The notes under the pieces: model-generated | What the model was told of the DNA's origin: nothing | Database searches by the model: none | The model's input: only the letters and a program-made list of their open reading frames with translations | Made by a program: the position numbers and the translations under genes | NCBI GenBank assembly: GCA_963840455.1 | Contig: CAWIYV010000014.1 | Location: 64,001 to 128,000 of the forward strand | DNA length: 64,000 nt | DNA from: Nitrospirota bacterium | GTDB taxonomy: Bacteria; Nitrospirota; UBA9217 | Direction: 5' to 3' | Shown here: one piece after another, positions 10,246-21,700 of the stretch | Layout of the letters: every line of letters begins with the position of its first letter | Position numbering within the stretch: position 1 is the first letter of the stretch

Positions 10246-10498
10246 ATCAATTTCAAAGAGCTGCCGATCTTCGGCAGCTCTTTTTCGTTTTCCTTTCCGC
10301 ATTCCCGTATTTGTCGGTTCAGGCCTGACCCACGACGGCCCGAGCTTGCAGTCATCCCGCCATGCGTCTGTATCCTGCATCGATCAAGCGAGAGTTGTTT
10401 CAACCACCGCTTCGCATCGGCGCTTCATCCAACCAAAACAACCCGGTCGTTTTCGCCGACAGTCTTGATTAACATCCAGATTAATGCTATTCTCATCT

Positions 10499-10613
10499 GA
10501 ATCCAGGAACGAGCGCATTCCCCGCAGATTGCTGCGGGGTTAGCGAGCGATTAGAATAAACATATTACCCTGAGGATCGAAGATTCCCTGCAGCTTGCTG
10601 CAGGGAGCTTCAA
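10499..10613. repeat. ~115-bp two-hairpin element, copy 2 (best preserved)
   Basis: Hairpins CCCCGCAG-attg-CTGCGGGG and CCCTGCAG-cttg-CTGCAGGG; ends TTCAA. Confidence 0.85.
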
Positions 10614-10662
10614 TTCATGGCCTTCATTCTCCGCCTGCGATCAAGAAAGGATTTCCAGCAAC

Positions 10663-11385
10663 GTGGCTCGAGATGTCAGGAACCTCCTCATCGTCGACAA
10701 CAGAGCGGCCTCGCTGTTCTACTGGGGTATGCTGCTGAAGCGGCTCGACTACAAGGTTGTGAGCAAGCGGAGCGCCGAAGAGGCCTTGAAGGCGCTCGAG
10801 GACTCGCGGCCGACGGTCGTGCTGACCGATGTCGCCCTTCCCGGCATGGACGGTGTTGCCCTGTTGAAAGCGATCAAGGAGGATCCGCGGTACCGGGACA
10901 TCCCGGTGGTCATGCTCGCCTCAACGGACGACGCGGCAACGAAGGATGCCTGCACGCGCCTGGGGTGCGCTGCCTGGTTCCCGAAGGACGTGGAGCCCGA
11001 TGACCTGTACCAGAAGCTCCAGTCACTCATCGAGACGACGCCGCGGTCGCACATCCGGCTGAACACCTCGGTGAAGGTGGTCGTAGGGGACGGTACGACG
11101 ATGGGCGGATCAGCGCGGACCGAGTTCGCGTCTGCCATCTCCGAGGGAGGCCTTTACGTGCGGACGCGGTACCCGCAGCCGCAGAACGCGCTCACACCGG
11201 TCCGGATCCTTCTTAACGGCATCGAGGTCCGGGCAAAGACCGTGGTCGTCTACAGCTATGCAAAGAACGAAGGCCCCTATAAGGAGCCGGGCATGGGCGT
11301 CAAGTTCGTCGAGATCTCCGACCAGGACCGGCGTCTCATCCGGACGTTCATCAATGAGCAGCTGACGAAAGATATCACGCACTGA
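10663..11385 (+). CDS. Response regulator receiver plus PilZ domain protein
   Basis: REC motifs LLIVDN, LTDVALPGMDG, IPVVML. PilZ motifs RSHIR, ISEGG, GMGVKF. Confidence 0.85.
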   Translation: MARDVRNLLIVDNRAASLFYWGMLLKRLDYKVVSKRSAEEALKALEDSRPTVVLTDVALPGMDGVALLKAIKEDPRYRDIPVVMLASTDDAATKDACTRLGCAAWFPKDVEPDDLYQKLQSLIETTPRSHIRLNTSVKVVVGDGTTMGGSARTEFASAISEGGLYVRTRYPQPQNALTPVRILLNGIEVRAKTVVVYSYAKNEGPYKEPGMGVKFVEISDQDRRLIRTFINEQLTKDITH

Positions 11386-11712
11386 TCCCGGCGTTGTCCG
11401 CGGCCCCCGGTCACCTGCTGCAACCGCTGCTTGCTCGTTTCCTGCGTGATATCGATAATCCTGAACACGACCTGAACCGCTGATGGGAACGCAGAAGAGG
11501 CGGATAACTGCGGATCTTTCCTCTGCAGGAAGTTGAAGCTCCCTGACGCAAGCTACAGGGAGTGCGCTCGCTCCTGGATGCATCCGGCGGGCGAATGTTT
11601 TGCTGTGGATCGTATCCGCTCTTATCACGATGGGAATCCCCTTCTGACCTGTCCGCATGCTTTTTCTCGCATAAGGACGATCGGTTGCACCATCAGCGTC
11701 AGAGGCGAAAGC

Positions 11713-12909
11713 ATGTTCCTTGCCGACATTGCAAAGAAGACCTGGATGATGGTCGTCGAGATCCTTTTCTCCTTCCGGAGGAACAACGACTTCGCGGCGG
11801 CCTCGTCGCTTGCCTTCTCGGCCATGCTCGCGATCATCCCTGCGCTCTTCCTTCTCACCGCGCTGCTTAGCCTTGCCATCGGGTCGTCGCAGGAAGCGTT
11901 CCGCAGGGTCCAGGAAATGGCCACACAGGTCATTCCGAGCTACAGCCAGGAGATCGTGAAGGAGGTCCAGTACATCACCCAGCACATCCGGACCTTCGGC
12001 GCGCTGAACATCCTGGTCTTTCTCTTCGCCGTGACTCCCCTGGTGTCCGACATGCGGAGCGCACTCGCTGCGATCTTCCGAAGCCATGCCGGCAGGCCGT
12101 ACCTGCTCGAAAAGCTCATCGACCTGGCCCTCACCGTCGTCTTCCTGCTGGGGATCACGGCCATCGCGGCGGCCGGCGTTGTATTTACGTTCGCAGAAAA
12201 ATGGCTCTACATCCCGAACCTGCCGGCCTACCTCAGCGGCGTCATGCAGTATGTGTTCATTGCGCTCGCCTTCTTCCTGCTGTACCTGGCATTCTCGCGG
12301 AAATTCCGACCGACGAACCTTGCGGTTGGGGCGCTCGCAAGCGGGGCGCTCTGGTATCTCATGGGGCCGCTGTTCTACATGTTCCTGGCCTATAACCCCG
12401 GCTACGGTCTTGCCTTCGGGTCCTTCAAGTCGCTTTTCGTGGTCATCATCTGGATCTATTATTCCTTCGTCGTTTTCCTGCTCGGGGCGGAGATCGCCAC
12501 CGTCCTGGAGCGGCGCGAGACGGTCTTCCTCAAGCACTTGATGGCGGGGAAGAAGGACCTCCCGGCAGCGGTCGCAGACCGTTTCATCACGCGGTATGCT
12601 CCAGGGGAAACGATCTTCACCGAGGGCGACGCGGGCGATGAGATGTTCTCCGTGCTGAAAGGGGCCGTCGCCATACGCAAGGGAGAGCGTGAGCTTTTCA
12701 GGATCGGCGCAGGCCAATACTTCGGCGTGGTCTCCTTCCTGCTTGCGACACCAAGGATCGCCGCAGCCGTTGCCGTGGAGGACGCGGAGCTGGTCGTGAT
12801 CACTCGGCAGAACATCACCAACCTGATGAACGAGTCGCCGGAGTTCATCCTCTCCATGCTGCGGGAGACCGCGCTGCGCCTGCGGGAGACGAACAAGCTG
12901 TTCGAGTGA
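11713..12909 (+). CDS. YihY/BrkB family membrane protein with C-terminal cNMP-binding domain
   Basis: AASSLAF..MLAIIP and GSF..L..IIWIYYS....LLGAE (YihY). IFTEGDAGDEMF.V.KG and G.G.YFG...PR (cNMP). ATG at 11713 preferred over the 11533 TTG. Confidence 0.85.
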   Translation: MFLADIAKKTWMMVVEILFSFRRNNDFAAASSLAFSAMLAIIPALFLLTALLSLAIGSSQEAFRRVQEMATQVIPSYSQEIVKEVQYITQHIRTFGALNILVFLFAVTPLVSDMRSALAAIFRSHAGRPYLLEKLIDLALTVVFLLGITAIAAAGVVFTFAEKWLYIPNLPAYLSGVMQYVFIALAFFLLYLAFSRKFRPTNLAVGALASGALWYLMGPLFYMFLAYNPGYGLAFGSFKSLFVVIIWIYYSFVVFLLGAEIATVLERRETVFLKHLMAGKKDLPAAVADRFITRYAPGETIFTEGDAGDEMFSVLKGAVAIRKGERELFRIGAGQYFGVVSFLLATPRIAAAVAVEDAELVVITRQNITNLMNESPEFILSMLRETALRLRETNKLFE

Positions 12910-13044
12910 GTCGCGTGAGTCGAGTGCGGAGAGAGAACAGAAGATAAAAGAAAGACACCTTCAAGGGGACGCGGATGTCCGCGGATAGAACAAGACCGGA
13001 CCCGGGGACCGGGAGCCACATCTCACATCATGACAGGAGAGTCT

Positions 13045-14724
13045 ATGGCCTTTGACTTCAGTGCGAAAAACTATGAGGAAGCACTGCGGAAATTCTCGAT
13101 CACGGTGCCGGAGCATTTCAACTTCGGGTTCGATGTGATCGACCGGCATGCGGAGGAGGAGAACAAGCGCGCACTGGTCTGGACCGATGCGGGCGGCGTG
13201 CAATCGAAGGAGTATACCTTCCGGGACATCAAGCTGCTTTCCAACCAGGCGGCGAACGCGCTGCGCGGCGCAGGGGTGAAGAAAGGCGACCGGGTGTTCA
13301 TCATGCTCGGCCGCGTCCCCGAGTGGTTCTTCATCCTCGTGGCCTGCCACAAGCTGGGAGTCGTGATCATGCCGGCGCCCGTCATCCTCACCGTGGGCGA
13401 CATTGAGTACCGCATCACGAAGGGCCGGGCGAACGCGGTCATCACGAACAACGCGAACCATGCCAAGGTGGACGAAGCGGTGAAAAAGATCGATGCTCCC
13501 TTCCTGCGGAACAAGTTCCTTTCTGATGGCGCTGCCCCGGGCTGGGCCGACTTCGCGAGGTTGATGGAAAAGGCCTCTCCTGATCTGCCCCCTACCGCTG
13601 TGGAGCGGACCAGGTCAAGCGATCCCTTCCTCATCTACTTCACGTCCGGCACCACCAAATACCCCAAGATGGTGCTGCATGTCTGCTCCTACCCCCTGGG
13701 CCATCTGCGCACCGCAGGACTGTGGCACGACCTGAAGGAGAAGGACCTCATCTGGGTCGTCTCGGACACGGGCTGGGCCAAGTCCGCCTGGGGCCTCTAT
13801 GGGCAGTGGACCATCGGGGCCGGGCTGTTCATCCACAACGCCGAGGGCAGGTTCAACGCTAAGCTGACGCTTGACCTCCTGACGAAGCGGGGCGTGACCG
13901 TATTCTGCGGACCGCCGACGGTCTACCGCATGCTGATCCTGGAAGACCTCACCAAGTACGATTATTCGCAGGTCAGGCACTTCACCTCGGCGGGAGAACC
14001 GCTGAACCCCGAAGTGATCAAAGTATGGCAGGAAGCAGCGGGGAAGATCATCCATGAGGGGTACGGCCAGACCGAGACCACGGTCATTGTGGGGAACTAT
14101 CCGTTCATGGCGGTGAAACCCGGCTCCATGGGAAGACCGGTGCCGGGCCTGGACATCGACATTCTGGACGAGGACCACCAGTCGGTCCATACCGGCGAGG
14201 TGGGCTTCATCTGCGTCAAAGCGGACCAGGAGAGGCCGGTCGGGATCTTCGAGGAGTACCTGGAGAATCCCGAGGAGAACGCCGCCGTGTTCCAGCACGG
14301 CTGGTACAACACCGGCGACAAGGCATACCGTGATGAAGACGGCTATTATACCTTCATCGGCCGCGGCGATGATATCATTAAGGCCTCGGGGTACCGCATC
14401 GGTCCGTTCGAGGTGGAGAGCGTGATTCAGGAACACCCGGCGGTAGCCGAGAATGCCGTGGTCGCGAGCCCGGACATCGTCCGCGGCGAGATCGTCAAGG
14501 CCTTCATCGTGCTGGCGCCGGGCTTCGTCGCGTCGGACAGGCTCATCAGCGAGATCCAGGATTTCGTGAAGGAGCGGACCGCGCCGTATAAGTACCCCCG
14601 CGAGATCGAGTTCATGGACGAACTGCCCAAGACCATCAGCGGCAAGATCAAACGCGCCGTGCTCCGGACGCGGGAACTGGAGAAGAAGATGGGGAAGGGA
14701 GGGCTGAGTGCAGGGAAAATATAA
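13045..14724 (+). CDS. Acyl-CoA synthetase (AMP-forming, medium-chain/acetyl-CoA type)
   Basis: YFTSGTTKYPK, EGYGQTE, GR.DD.IKASGYRIGPFEVES and LPKTISGKI; RBS AGGAGA. Confidence 0.92.
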   Translation: MAFDFSAKNYEEALRKFSITVPEHFNFGFDVIDRHAEEENKRALVWTDAGGVQSKEYTFRDIKLLSNQAANALRGAGVKKGDRVFIMLGRVPEWFFILVACHKLGVVIMPAPVILTVGDIEYRITKGRANAVITNNANHAKVDEAVKKIDAPFLRNKFLSDGAAPGWADFARLMEKASPDLPPTAVERTRSSDPFLIYFTSGTTKYPKMVLHVCSYPLGHLRTAGLWHDLKEKDLIWVVSDTGWAKSAWGLYGQWTIGAGLFIHNAEGRFNAKLTLDLLTKRGVTVFCGPPTVYRMLILEDLTKYDYSQVRHFTSAGEPLNPEVIKVWQEAAGKIIHEGYGQTETTVIVGNYPFMAVKPGSMGRPVPGLDIDILDEDHQSVHTGEVGFICVKADQERPVGIFEEYLENPEENAAVFQHGWYNTGDKAYRDEDGYYTFIGRGDDIIKASGYRIGPFEVESVIQEHPAVAENAVVASPDIVRGEIVKAFIVLAPGFVASDRLISEIQDFVKERTAPYKYPREIEFMDELPKTISGKIKRAVLRTRELEKKMGKGGLSAGKI

Positions 14725-14775
14725 CCGGGGCGGGACCGCGTTCCTCTCCATCGCGAACAGAGTGAAGAAAATCCC

Positions 14776-15459
14776 ATGAATACGATCCCCCTCAGTTTCG
14801 CTCCGAACAGGAACAAGCTCTATGCCCGGGCGGCTGCTCTGGCGCTGATCACCATCTTCTACAACATTGGCGAAGGGCTGGTGTCGGTCTTCTTCGGCCT
14901 GGAGGATGAGAGCTTCGCGCTTTTCGGGTTTGGGCTGGATTCCTTCGTCGAAGTCGCGTCAGGCATCGGCATCTGGCACATGATCGGTCGGATCAGGCGG
15001 AATGAGGGGGAGAACGCCGACCGTTTCGAGAAGACGGCGCTCAGGATAACCGGCGGCGGATTCACTGTCCTGACTGTCGGGCTCTCGATCACCGCTGCCA
15101 TCAACCTCTATCAGGGCCACAAACCCGAGACGACCTTCTGGGGCATCGTGATATCGCTCGTCTCCATCTGCACCATGTGGCTGCTGATCCATTACAAGGT
15201 GAAGGTTGGGAGGGAGCTTAATTCGCAGGCCATCCTGTCCGATGCTGCATGCACGAGGGCATGTCTCCAGCTGTCCATCGTCCTGCTCGTTGCGAGCGTG
15301 GGGTATACGTTTACCGGAATCGGAGGCTTTGATTCATTGGGGACGTTCGTGATCGCGGCGCTGTGTTATCGCGAGGGAAAAGAGGCCTTCGAGAAGGCAA
15401 GGGCGGGGAGCTTCGCGTGCACCTGCGGGGGCGCGTGTCACAGCGAGCAGAACCATTGA
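14776..15459 (+). CDS. Cation diffusion facilitator-like transporter (short type)
   Basis: TI.YN..EG, S.AL.GFGLDS.VE; six TM segments; Cys/His tail. Confidence 0.8.
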   Translation: MNTIPLSFAPNRNKLYARAAALALITIFYNIGEGLVSVFFGLEDESFALFGFGLDSFVEVASGIGIWHMIGRIRRNEGENADRFEKTALRITGGGFTVLTVGLSITAAINLYQGHKPETTFWGIVISLVSICTMWLLIHYKVKVGRELNSQAILSDAACTRACLQLSIVLLVASVGYTFTGIGGFDSLGTFVIAALCYREGKEAFEKARAGSFACTCGGACHSEQNH

Positions 15460-15573
15460 ACCGCTAAGGCGCGAAGGACGCGAAGGGAAACAAGTCAACG
15501 TCTTGATTCTGGTTTTAATAACAAAAAACGTCTTTGCCTTTGCCGTCCTCGCGCTCTTCGCGCCTTCGCGGTA
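15459..15573. repeat. Intergenic inverted repeat with 9-bp periodic arms
   Basis: ACCGCTAAGGCGCGAAGGACGCGAAGG ... CCTCGCGCTCTTCGCGCCTTCGCGGT. Confidence 0.7.
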
Positions 15574-15597
15574 AAAAAGTCTTGATTTAGACATTCC

Positions 15598-15999
15598 TCA
15601 AGATCGATGTGTCAAGGGAAAGTCTTTTCTGCTAATCACATGCACGTGGACCTTCTCGTCGTTGCCTCGTAATTCCTCGAACTGCCTTCCCGCAGCCTGC
15701 CGTACTTCGTCTGGCTCATCTGCCACCAGCACCAGCCTGAACCGGTTCAAGCCTTTTTCGTCCCGCTCTTTTTTCCCTGCATTCACCAAGATAGGCAAAT
15801 GCTCCGCGATACATCCCGCTGTGCCCGCTTCAGCGATATGTACGAGCAGACGATTCCCGATGATGATCGCACTGTCCAGGACGATGAAGCTGTTCAACCG
15901 CACATTCCTTTGGATGTCGATGGACTGGAAGACCACTTCCGGACAGCTGCAGCCGAGGGTATTCTGGACGAAGCGCTTGATCTGTTCAGGGGAGGGCAT
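15598..15999 (-). CDS. Hypothetical protein (LGCSCP motif)
   Basis: 133-aa ORF starting 13 bp after the PiT gene; protein-like composition. Confidence 0.7.
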   Translation of the reverse strand: MPSPEQIKRFVQNTLGCSCPEVVFQSIDIQRNVRLNSFIVLDSAIIIGNRLLVHIAEAGTAGCIAEHLPILVNAGKKERDEKGLNRFRLVLVADEPDEVRQAAGRQFEELRGNDEKVHVHVISRKDFPLTHRS

Positions 16000-16011
16000 G
16001 TTACCGATGGG

Positions 16012-16989
16012 TCACTTCTCGATCATCCTGAGGATGCCCCAGGCGGCTGCGATACAGAAGGGAAGCGTCAGGACCCAGGCCATGACGATCTTGCCGGCGA
16101 TGCCCCAGCGGACTGCTGAGAGGCGCTTAGTGGCGCCCACGCCGAGGATGGCGGTCGAGACCACATGGGTCGTGCTTACGGGAAGGCCCCAGTGGCTGGA
16201 GACGAGGATGATCGCAGCAGAGGACGTTTCCGCGGCGAAGCCGTGAATGGGTTCGAGCTTCAGCATCTTGTGCCCCAGGGTCTTGATGATCTTCCATCCG
16301 CCGAAGATGGTTCCGAAGCCCATCGCGAGCGCGCAGGTCAGAACGACCCAGGTCGGCACATCGAGCGTCTTGATCTTGCCTGCGGCGAAGAGCGCCATGG
16401 TGATGATGCCCATGGCCTTCTGCGCATCGTTGGACCCGTGGCCGAAGGCCATGAAGGACGACGACACGATCTGGAGGCGGCCGAAGTACTTGCTGATGGT
16501 TCCCGGCGCCAGGTGGCCGAAGAAGTAGAGGATGGCCTTCATGAAGCCGTAGCCGATGACGAAGCCGAGGAGGGGGGAGATGAGGAGCGACAGGAATATC
16601 TTCGTGATGCCGTTGCCGTTCAGAATGCTGATGCCGCCATGGGCCATTGCAGCACCGATGAGGCCACCGACGAGTGCGTGGGAAGAGCTGACCGGCAGAC
16701 CCATCAGGATGGTAATCAAGTTCCAGATAATGGCGGAGAGGAGGGCAGCGATGATGACCTGGTCGGTGATGCCCGCCGGGTCCACGATCCCCGTGCCGAT
16801 GGTCTTGGCCACGGCGGTGGTCAGGAAGGCCCCGAGGATGTTCATGAAGGCCGCGATGGCGACGGCCGCGCCCGGGGACAGGACCTTGGTCGAGACGACC
16901 GTGGCGATGGCGTTGGCGCAGTCGTGCCAGCCGTTGGCGATGTCGAAGAGCACCGCAAGGAAGATGATGATGATCAGGATATCAGGCAT
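16012..16989 (-). CDS. pit: Inorganic phosphate transporter, PiT family
   Basis: NGWHDCANAIATVV, GLPVSSSHAL, HGSNDAQKAMG and PVSTTH. Confidence 0.93.
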   Translation of the reverse strand: MPDILIIIIFLAVLFDIANGWHDCANAIATVVSTKVLSPGAAVAIAAFMNILGAFLTTAVAKTIGTGIVDPAGITDQVIIAALLSAIIWNLITILMGLPVSSSHALVGGLIGAAMAHGGISILNGNGITKIFLSLLISPLLGFVIGYGFMKAILYFFGHLAPGTISKYFGRLQIVSSSFMAFGHGSNDAQKAMGIITMALFAAGKIKTLDVPTWVVLTCALAMGFGTIFGGWKIIKTLGHKMLKLEPIHGFAAETSSAAIILVSSHWGLPVSTTHVVSTAILGVGATKRLSAVRWGIAGKIVMAWVLTLPFCIAAAWGILRMIEK

Positions 16990-17599
16990 TTTTCAGGACG
17001 ATCCCTTCGAGCACGTTGGCGATGTCCTCGGCGCGGTCCGAGGCATCCTCGAAGAGCTGGTAGATGTCCTTCCACTTGATGATGGTGATGGGGTCGCTGT
17101 TGCCGTTCAGGAGGCTGCCGAGGGCGTCGCGGTACTTCCGGTCGATGCGGTTCTCGAGCCGGTTGATCTCGATGCAGTGCTCCTGCACGAGGTCGTATTG
17201 CTTCGCCCGAAGCTCGCGCAGGGCCTTCTTCAGGATGTCCGCCGTCATCTGCAGGTCCTCGGCGATGGAGATGACCTCCCGCGTCGGCTTCTCGATCTTG
17301 TACACGACCATCCTGTCCACGGCGGCCCAGATCAGGTCGAGAACGTCGTCGATCCGCGCGGCGAGTGCATGGATGTCCTCGCGGTCGATGGGGGTGAGGA
17401 AGGTCAGGTTCAGCTCCTTCATGATGTCATGGGTGAGCATGTCTCCGTCCTGCTCGAACTCATAGATGGCCTTTGCCTTCTTCTCGAAGGTCTCAAAGTT
17501 ATTGAGCATGTCAACGAGGACGTTGGTGGTCTTGGAGAGGTTGTCGAGGGCTCGGTCGAAGATCTCAAAGAAATCGATCTTTTTAGGGAAGAGGGCCAT
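16982..17599 (-). CDS. DUF47 / PhoU-like phosphate transport regulator
   Basis: E..GD...H, TFLTPIDREDI..L...IDD.LD, LE...D and WKDIY..E...D; overlaps the pit start. Confidence 0.9.
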   Translation of the reverse strand: MALFPKKIDFFEIFDRALDNLSKTTNVLVDMLNNFETFEKKAKAIYEFEQDGDMLTHDIMKELNLTFLTPIDREDIHALAARIDDVLDLIWAAVDRMVVYKIEKPTREVISIAEDLQMTADILKKALRELRAKQYDLVQEHCIEINRLENRIDRKYRDALGSLLNGNSDPITIIKWKDIYQLFEDASDRAEDIANVLEGIVLKNA

Positions 17600-17971
17600 G
17601 GTGACGTACCAAATCTCCTTCGGCGTGAATTTGCGGAATGTCTCGGGGACCGGACATAAAAGTAGCATACCCAGGGGGGAAATTGCAAATGAAAATTCCT
17701 CATGAGAAGATAGGAAACGGAGCAGGGGACCAACATCCGTTTCATTGGGTGGCCCGGGGTATGGGTAAGGCAAGAGCAGAGGCGAATGACGTTGGTTCAC
17801 GCAGTTCCAAAAGCCCCTGCGGTCCGTGAGCACTACGGTGCACAGGCATGCGTCACGGAAGCATGGCAGATCACCGTGTCGTTTCCAGCACGTGCGCCAG
17901 CGGAAGTGCTGAGGATAGGACAGAGCGGACGAAGGATACCACGGACAAACTGCATGCCTGCAGCGCAGTGC

Positions 17972-18084
17972 GAATCCAGGAGCGAGCGCATTCCCGGCTG
18001 TTCCTTGTGGGAATAGCGAGCGATTAGAATAGCTTAATGCCTTGAGGATCGAAGCTCCAAAGCAGTTTCAATTGGGAGCTTCAA
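17972..18084. repeat. ~115-bp two-hairpin element, copy 3 (degenerate hairpins)
   Basis: GAATCCAGGAGCGAGCGCATTCCC...AGCGAGCGATTAGAATA...TGAGGATCGAAG...GGGAGCTTCAA. Confidence 0.75.
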
Positions 18085-18222
18085 CCGGACCGCAGAAAAA
18101 AAACGATTCTCCTTTTGGGCAGCTCGAGGGCTGGGAAAGGCTTGCACAGGAAAATAAATAATACAAAAAAAGGCGATGAACAGTTAAGTTCATCGCCTCG
18201 GTCGTGATGCGGATAGGGCCTG

Positions 18223-18396
18223 TTACACGATCTTCGATTCTTTCCAGCACTTGTCGCAGAGCCACATCATACCGCGTACCTTGCCGGTGGTGGTCATCAT
18301 CTTGGCGGCCTGCATCGGCTTGCCGCAGCACTGGGGGTTGTTGCTCACGACGGCCTTCTTGGTGGCCGCTTTCGCTGTTTTGCTTAATTCTGCCAT
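18223..18396 (-). CDS. Small 57-aa putative zinc-ribbon protein (not in ORF track)
   Basis: MAELSKTAKAATKKAVVSNNPQCCGKPMQAAKMMTTTGKVRGMMWLCDKCWKESKIV*. RBS GGAGG, upstream TTGACT-16-TAAAAT (18478-18451), terminator at 18165-18198. Confidence 0.75.
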   Translation of the reverse strand: MAELSKTAKAATKKAVVSNNPQCCGKPMQAAKMMTTTGKVRGMMWLCDKCWKESKIV

Positions 18397-18767
18397 GTTC
18401 CTTTCCCTCCAACCAGTATCATGAATAAGTTCGGTTTCCCGAAGACCTGCATTTTAACCATATGGGGAGAAAAGTCAAGAGGATTTTAGTAACCTGAGTT
18501 GAATGATAAACAATATTGTTATAGAGACACAAAGGCCACAGAGGGAACCACGCTATCCCGGGAGTGAACTCTCTGACCAGAAATTTCTGATATATCGCAA
18601 TGGGTTCGACCGCATGTCCTGTGCCGTTCTCTGTGTCTCTGTGCCTCTGTGGTGCCTATTTTTTCTCTAACATATTGAAAAACGGGCAGATTACCCTTGA
18701 CTTTCCAAGGGACAGGGTGATATTATCTCCTTCCTGTTTTGACTACGCACATACGGGGAGCCTCTCA

Positions 18768-20540
<1,773 letters not shown>

Positions 20541-20544
20541 TATT

Positions 20545-20666
20545 TTCACCGCAGAGGACGCAGAGGGCGCAGAGAAAAACAACGAGCAACTGCAGTTCGC
20601 TTTCAGGAACTTGAAACGGCTGGTGTCCCCTGACCCCTCAGCGGTCTCCGCGATCTCTGCGGTAAA
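20545..20666. repeat. Intergenic inverted repeat with 9-bp periodic arms
   Basis: ACCGCAGAGGACGCAGAGGGCGCAGAG ... CTCAGCGGTCTCCGCGATCTCTGCGGT. Confidence 0.75.
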
Positions 20667-20691
20667 CTTCTTAAGTTGATTGAAGGTATTC

Positions 20692-20859
20692 ATGAAGTGC
20701 AAGGCATGCGGCAAGGACGTGGTGCTCAAGATCGGCTGAAAGGTCGTGACCATGCGCTGCACGTGGTGCGGCAAGGAGTTCCCGATCAAGGAGTACCTGG
20801 ACGAGCTGGACGAGGAAACATGGGAAAAGATCGCCCGGCGGCCCTCCAACAGGGCGTAA
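20692..20859 (+). CDS. Dual CxxC motif small selenoprotein, 55 aa, Sec at codon 16
   Basis: MKCKACGKDVVLKIG-U(TGA 20737-39)-KVVTMRCTWCGKEFPIKEYLDELDEETWEKIARRPSNRA*. A hairpin follows the TGA; architecture matches the CxxC-(Se)Cys-CxxC small protein family. Confidence 0.85.
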
Positions 20860-21178
20860 GCGCGAACATCCCGTTCCGGGCATATGCGGCCGGAACGTTC
20901 CGGCGGGAAGCAGGCGTCCCTGCATGGTGGAACGAGCAGCATTGATCAGGTTCGGAACGCCATCCTCCATACACAGGCGTCAGTCTCCGGGACGCGTTCA
21001 CGCTGCTTATCCCGCAACTTGCCGCAGAGAGCTTCAAACAGGTTGAAAAAACTCCTCTTCATTACCCGCCTTCTTATTCCCCGTTCTTATGAGGCCCATT
21101 CCTTGACACCTGTGCGTCCGTCTGCTACCTTTTAAGGGACACGAGCAGTTGTCGTGAACAATCAAGGAGGGATCGAAC

Positions 21179-21586
21179 ATGAAGAGCTTCAGGAAATTTG
21201 CAGTTTTGGCAGTGGTCGTCGCGTCGTTCCTGGCTGGAGGCATCGCCTTGGCTGACCATCACGCGGTCAAGGTAGCGAAGAAGGACGGGGTTGGGAGCTA
21301 TCTCACCGACATCAAGGGCATGACGCTCTATAATTTCAAGAAGGACACGCCGGGCAAGAGCGCCTGTGATGGGGGTTGTTTGGCGAACTGGCCCCTTTAC
21401 TTCGTAGAGTCGGTGGCGGCCAAGGACGGGCTGGATGCAAAGAACTTCGGCACCATCACCCGCGCGGACGGCAAGAAGCAGACGACCTACAAGGGGATGC
21501 CGCTGTACTTCTTCATCGGCGACAAGGCGCCCGGCGATACGAACGGACAGGGAGTGAAGGACATGTGGTCCGTCGTGAACCCGTAA
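21179..21586 (+). CDS. Secreted repeat protein (COG4315 / Lipoprotein_15-like)
   Basis: G.TLY.F.KD..G.S.C...C...WP and R.DG.KQ.TYKG.PLY.F..D..PGD.NG.G; signal peptide. Confidence 0.88.
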   Translation: MKSFRKFAVLAVVVASFLAGGIALADHHAVKVAKKDGVGSYLTDIKGMTLYNFKKDTPGKSACDGGCLANWPLYFVESVAAKDGLDAKNFGTITRADGKKQTTYKGMPLYFFIGDKAPGDTNGQGVKDMWSVVNP

Positions 21587-21611
21587 GGGACAAGGATCAG
21601 CGGAACTGTTC

Positions 21612-21643
21612 GGGGCCCCGTTCTCTGACGGGGCCTCTTTTTT
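21612..21643 (+). terminator. Rho-independent terminator
   Basis: GGGGCCCCGT..ACGGGGCCTC-TTTTTT. Confidence 0.75.
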
Positions 21644-21700
21644 GCGCAGTCGGGGACCATCCGCTGGATAACGATGCCGGACTCATCGATGACACGAACA

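Noticed and set aside
18068-18412. 114-aa ORF from the track, or ribosomal protein L28
   Set aside because: A different frame (18223-18396) has the RBS, Cys motifs and terminator, and no L28 signature is present.
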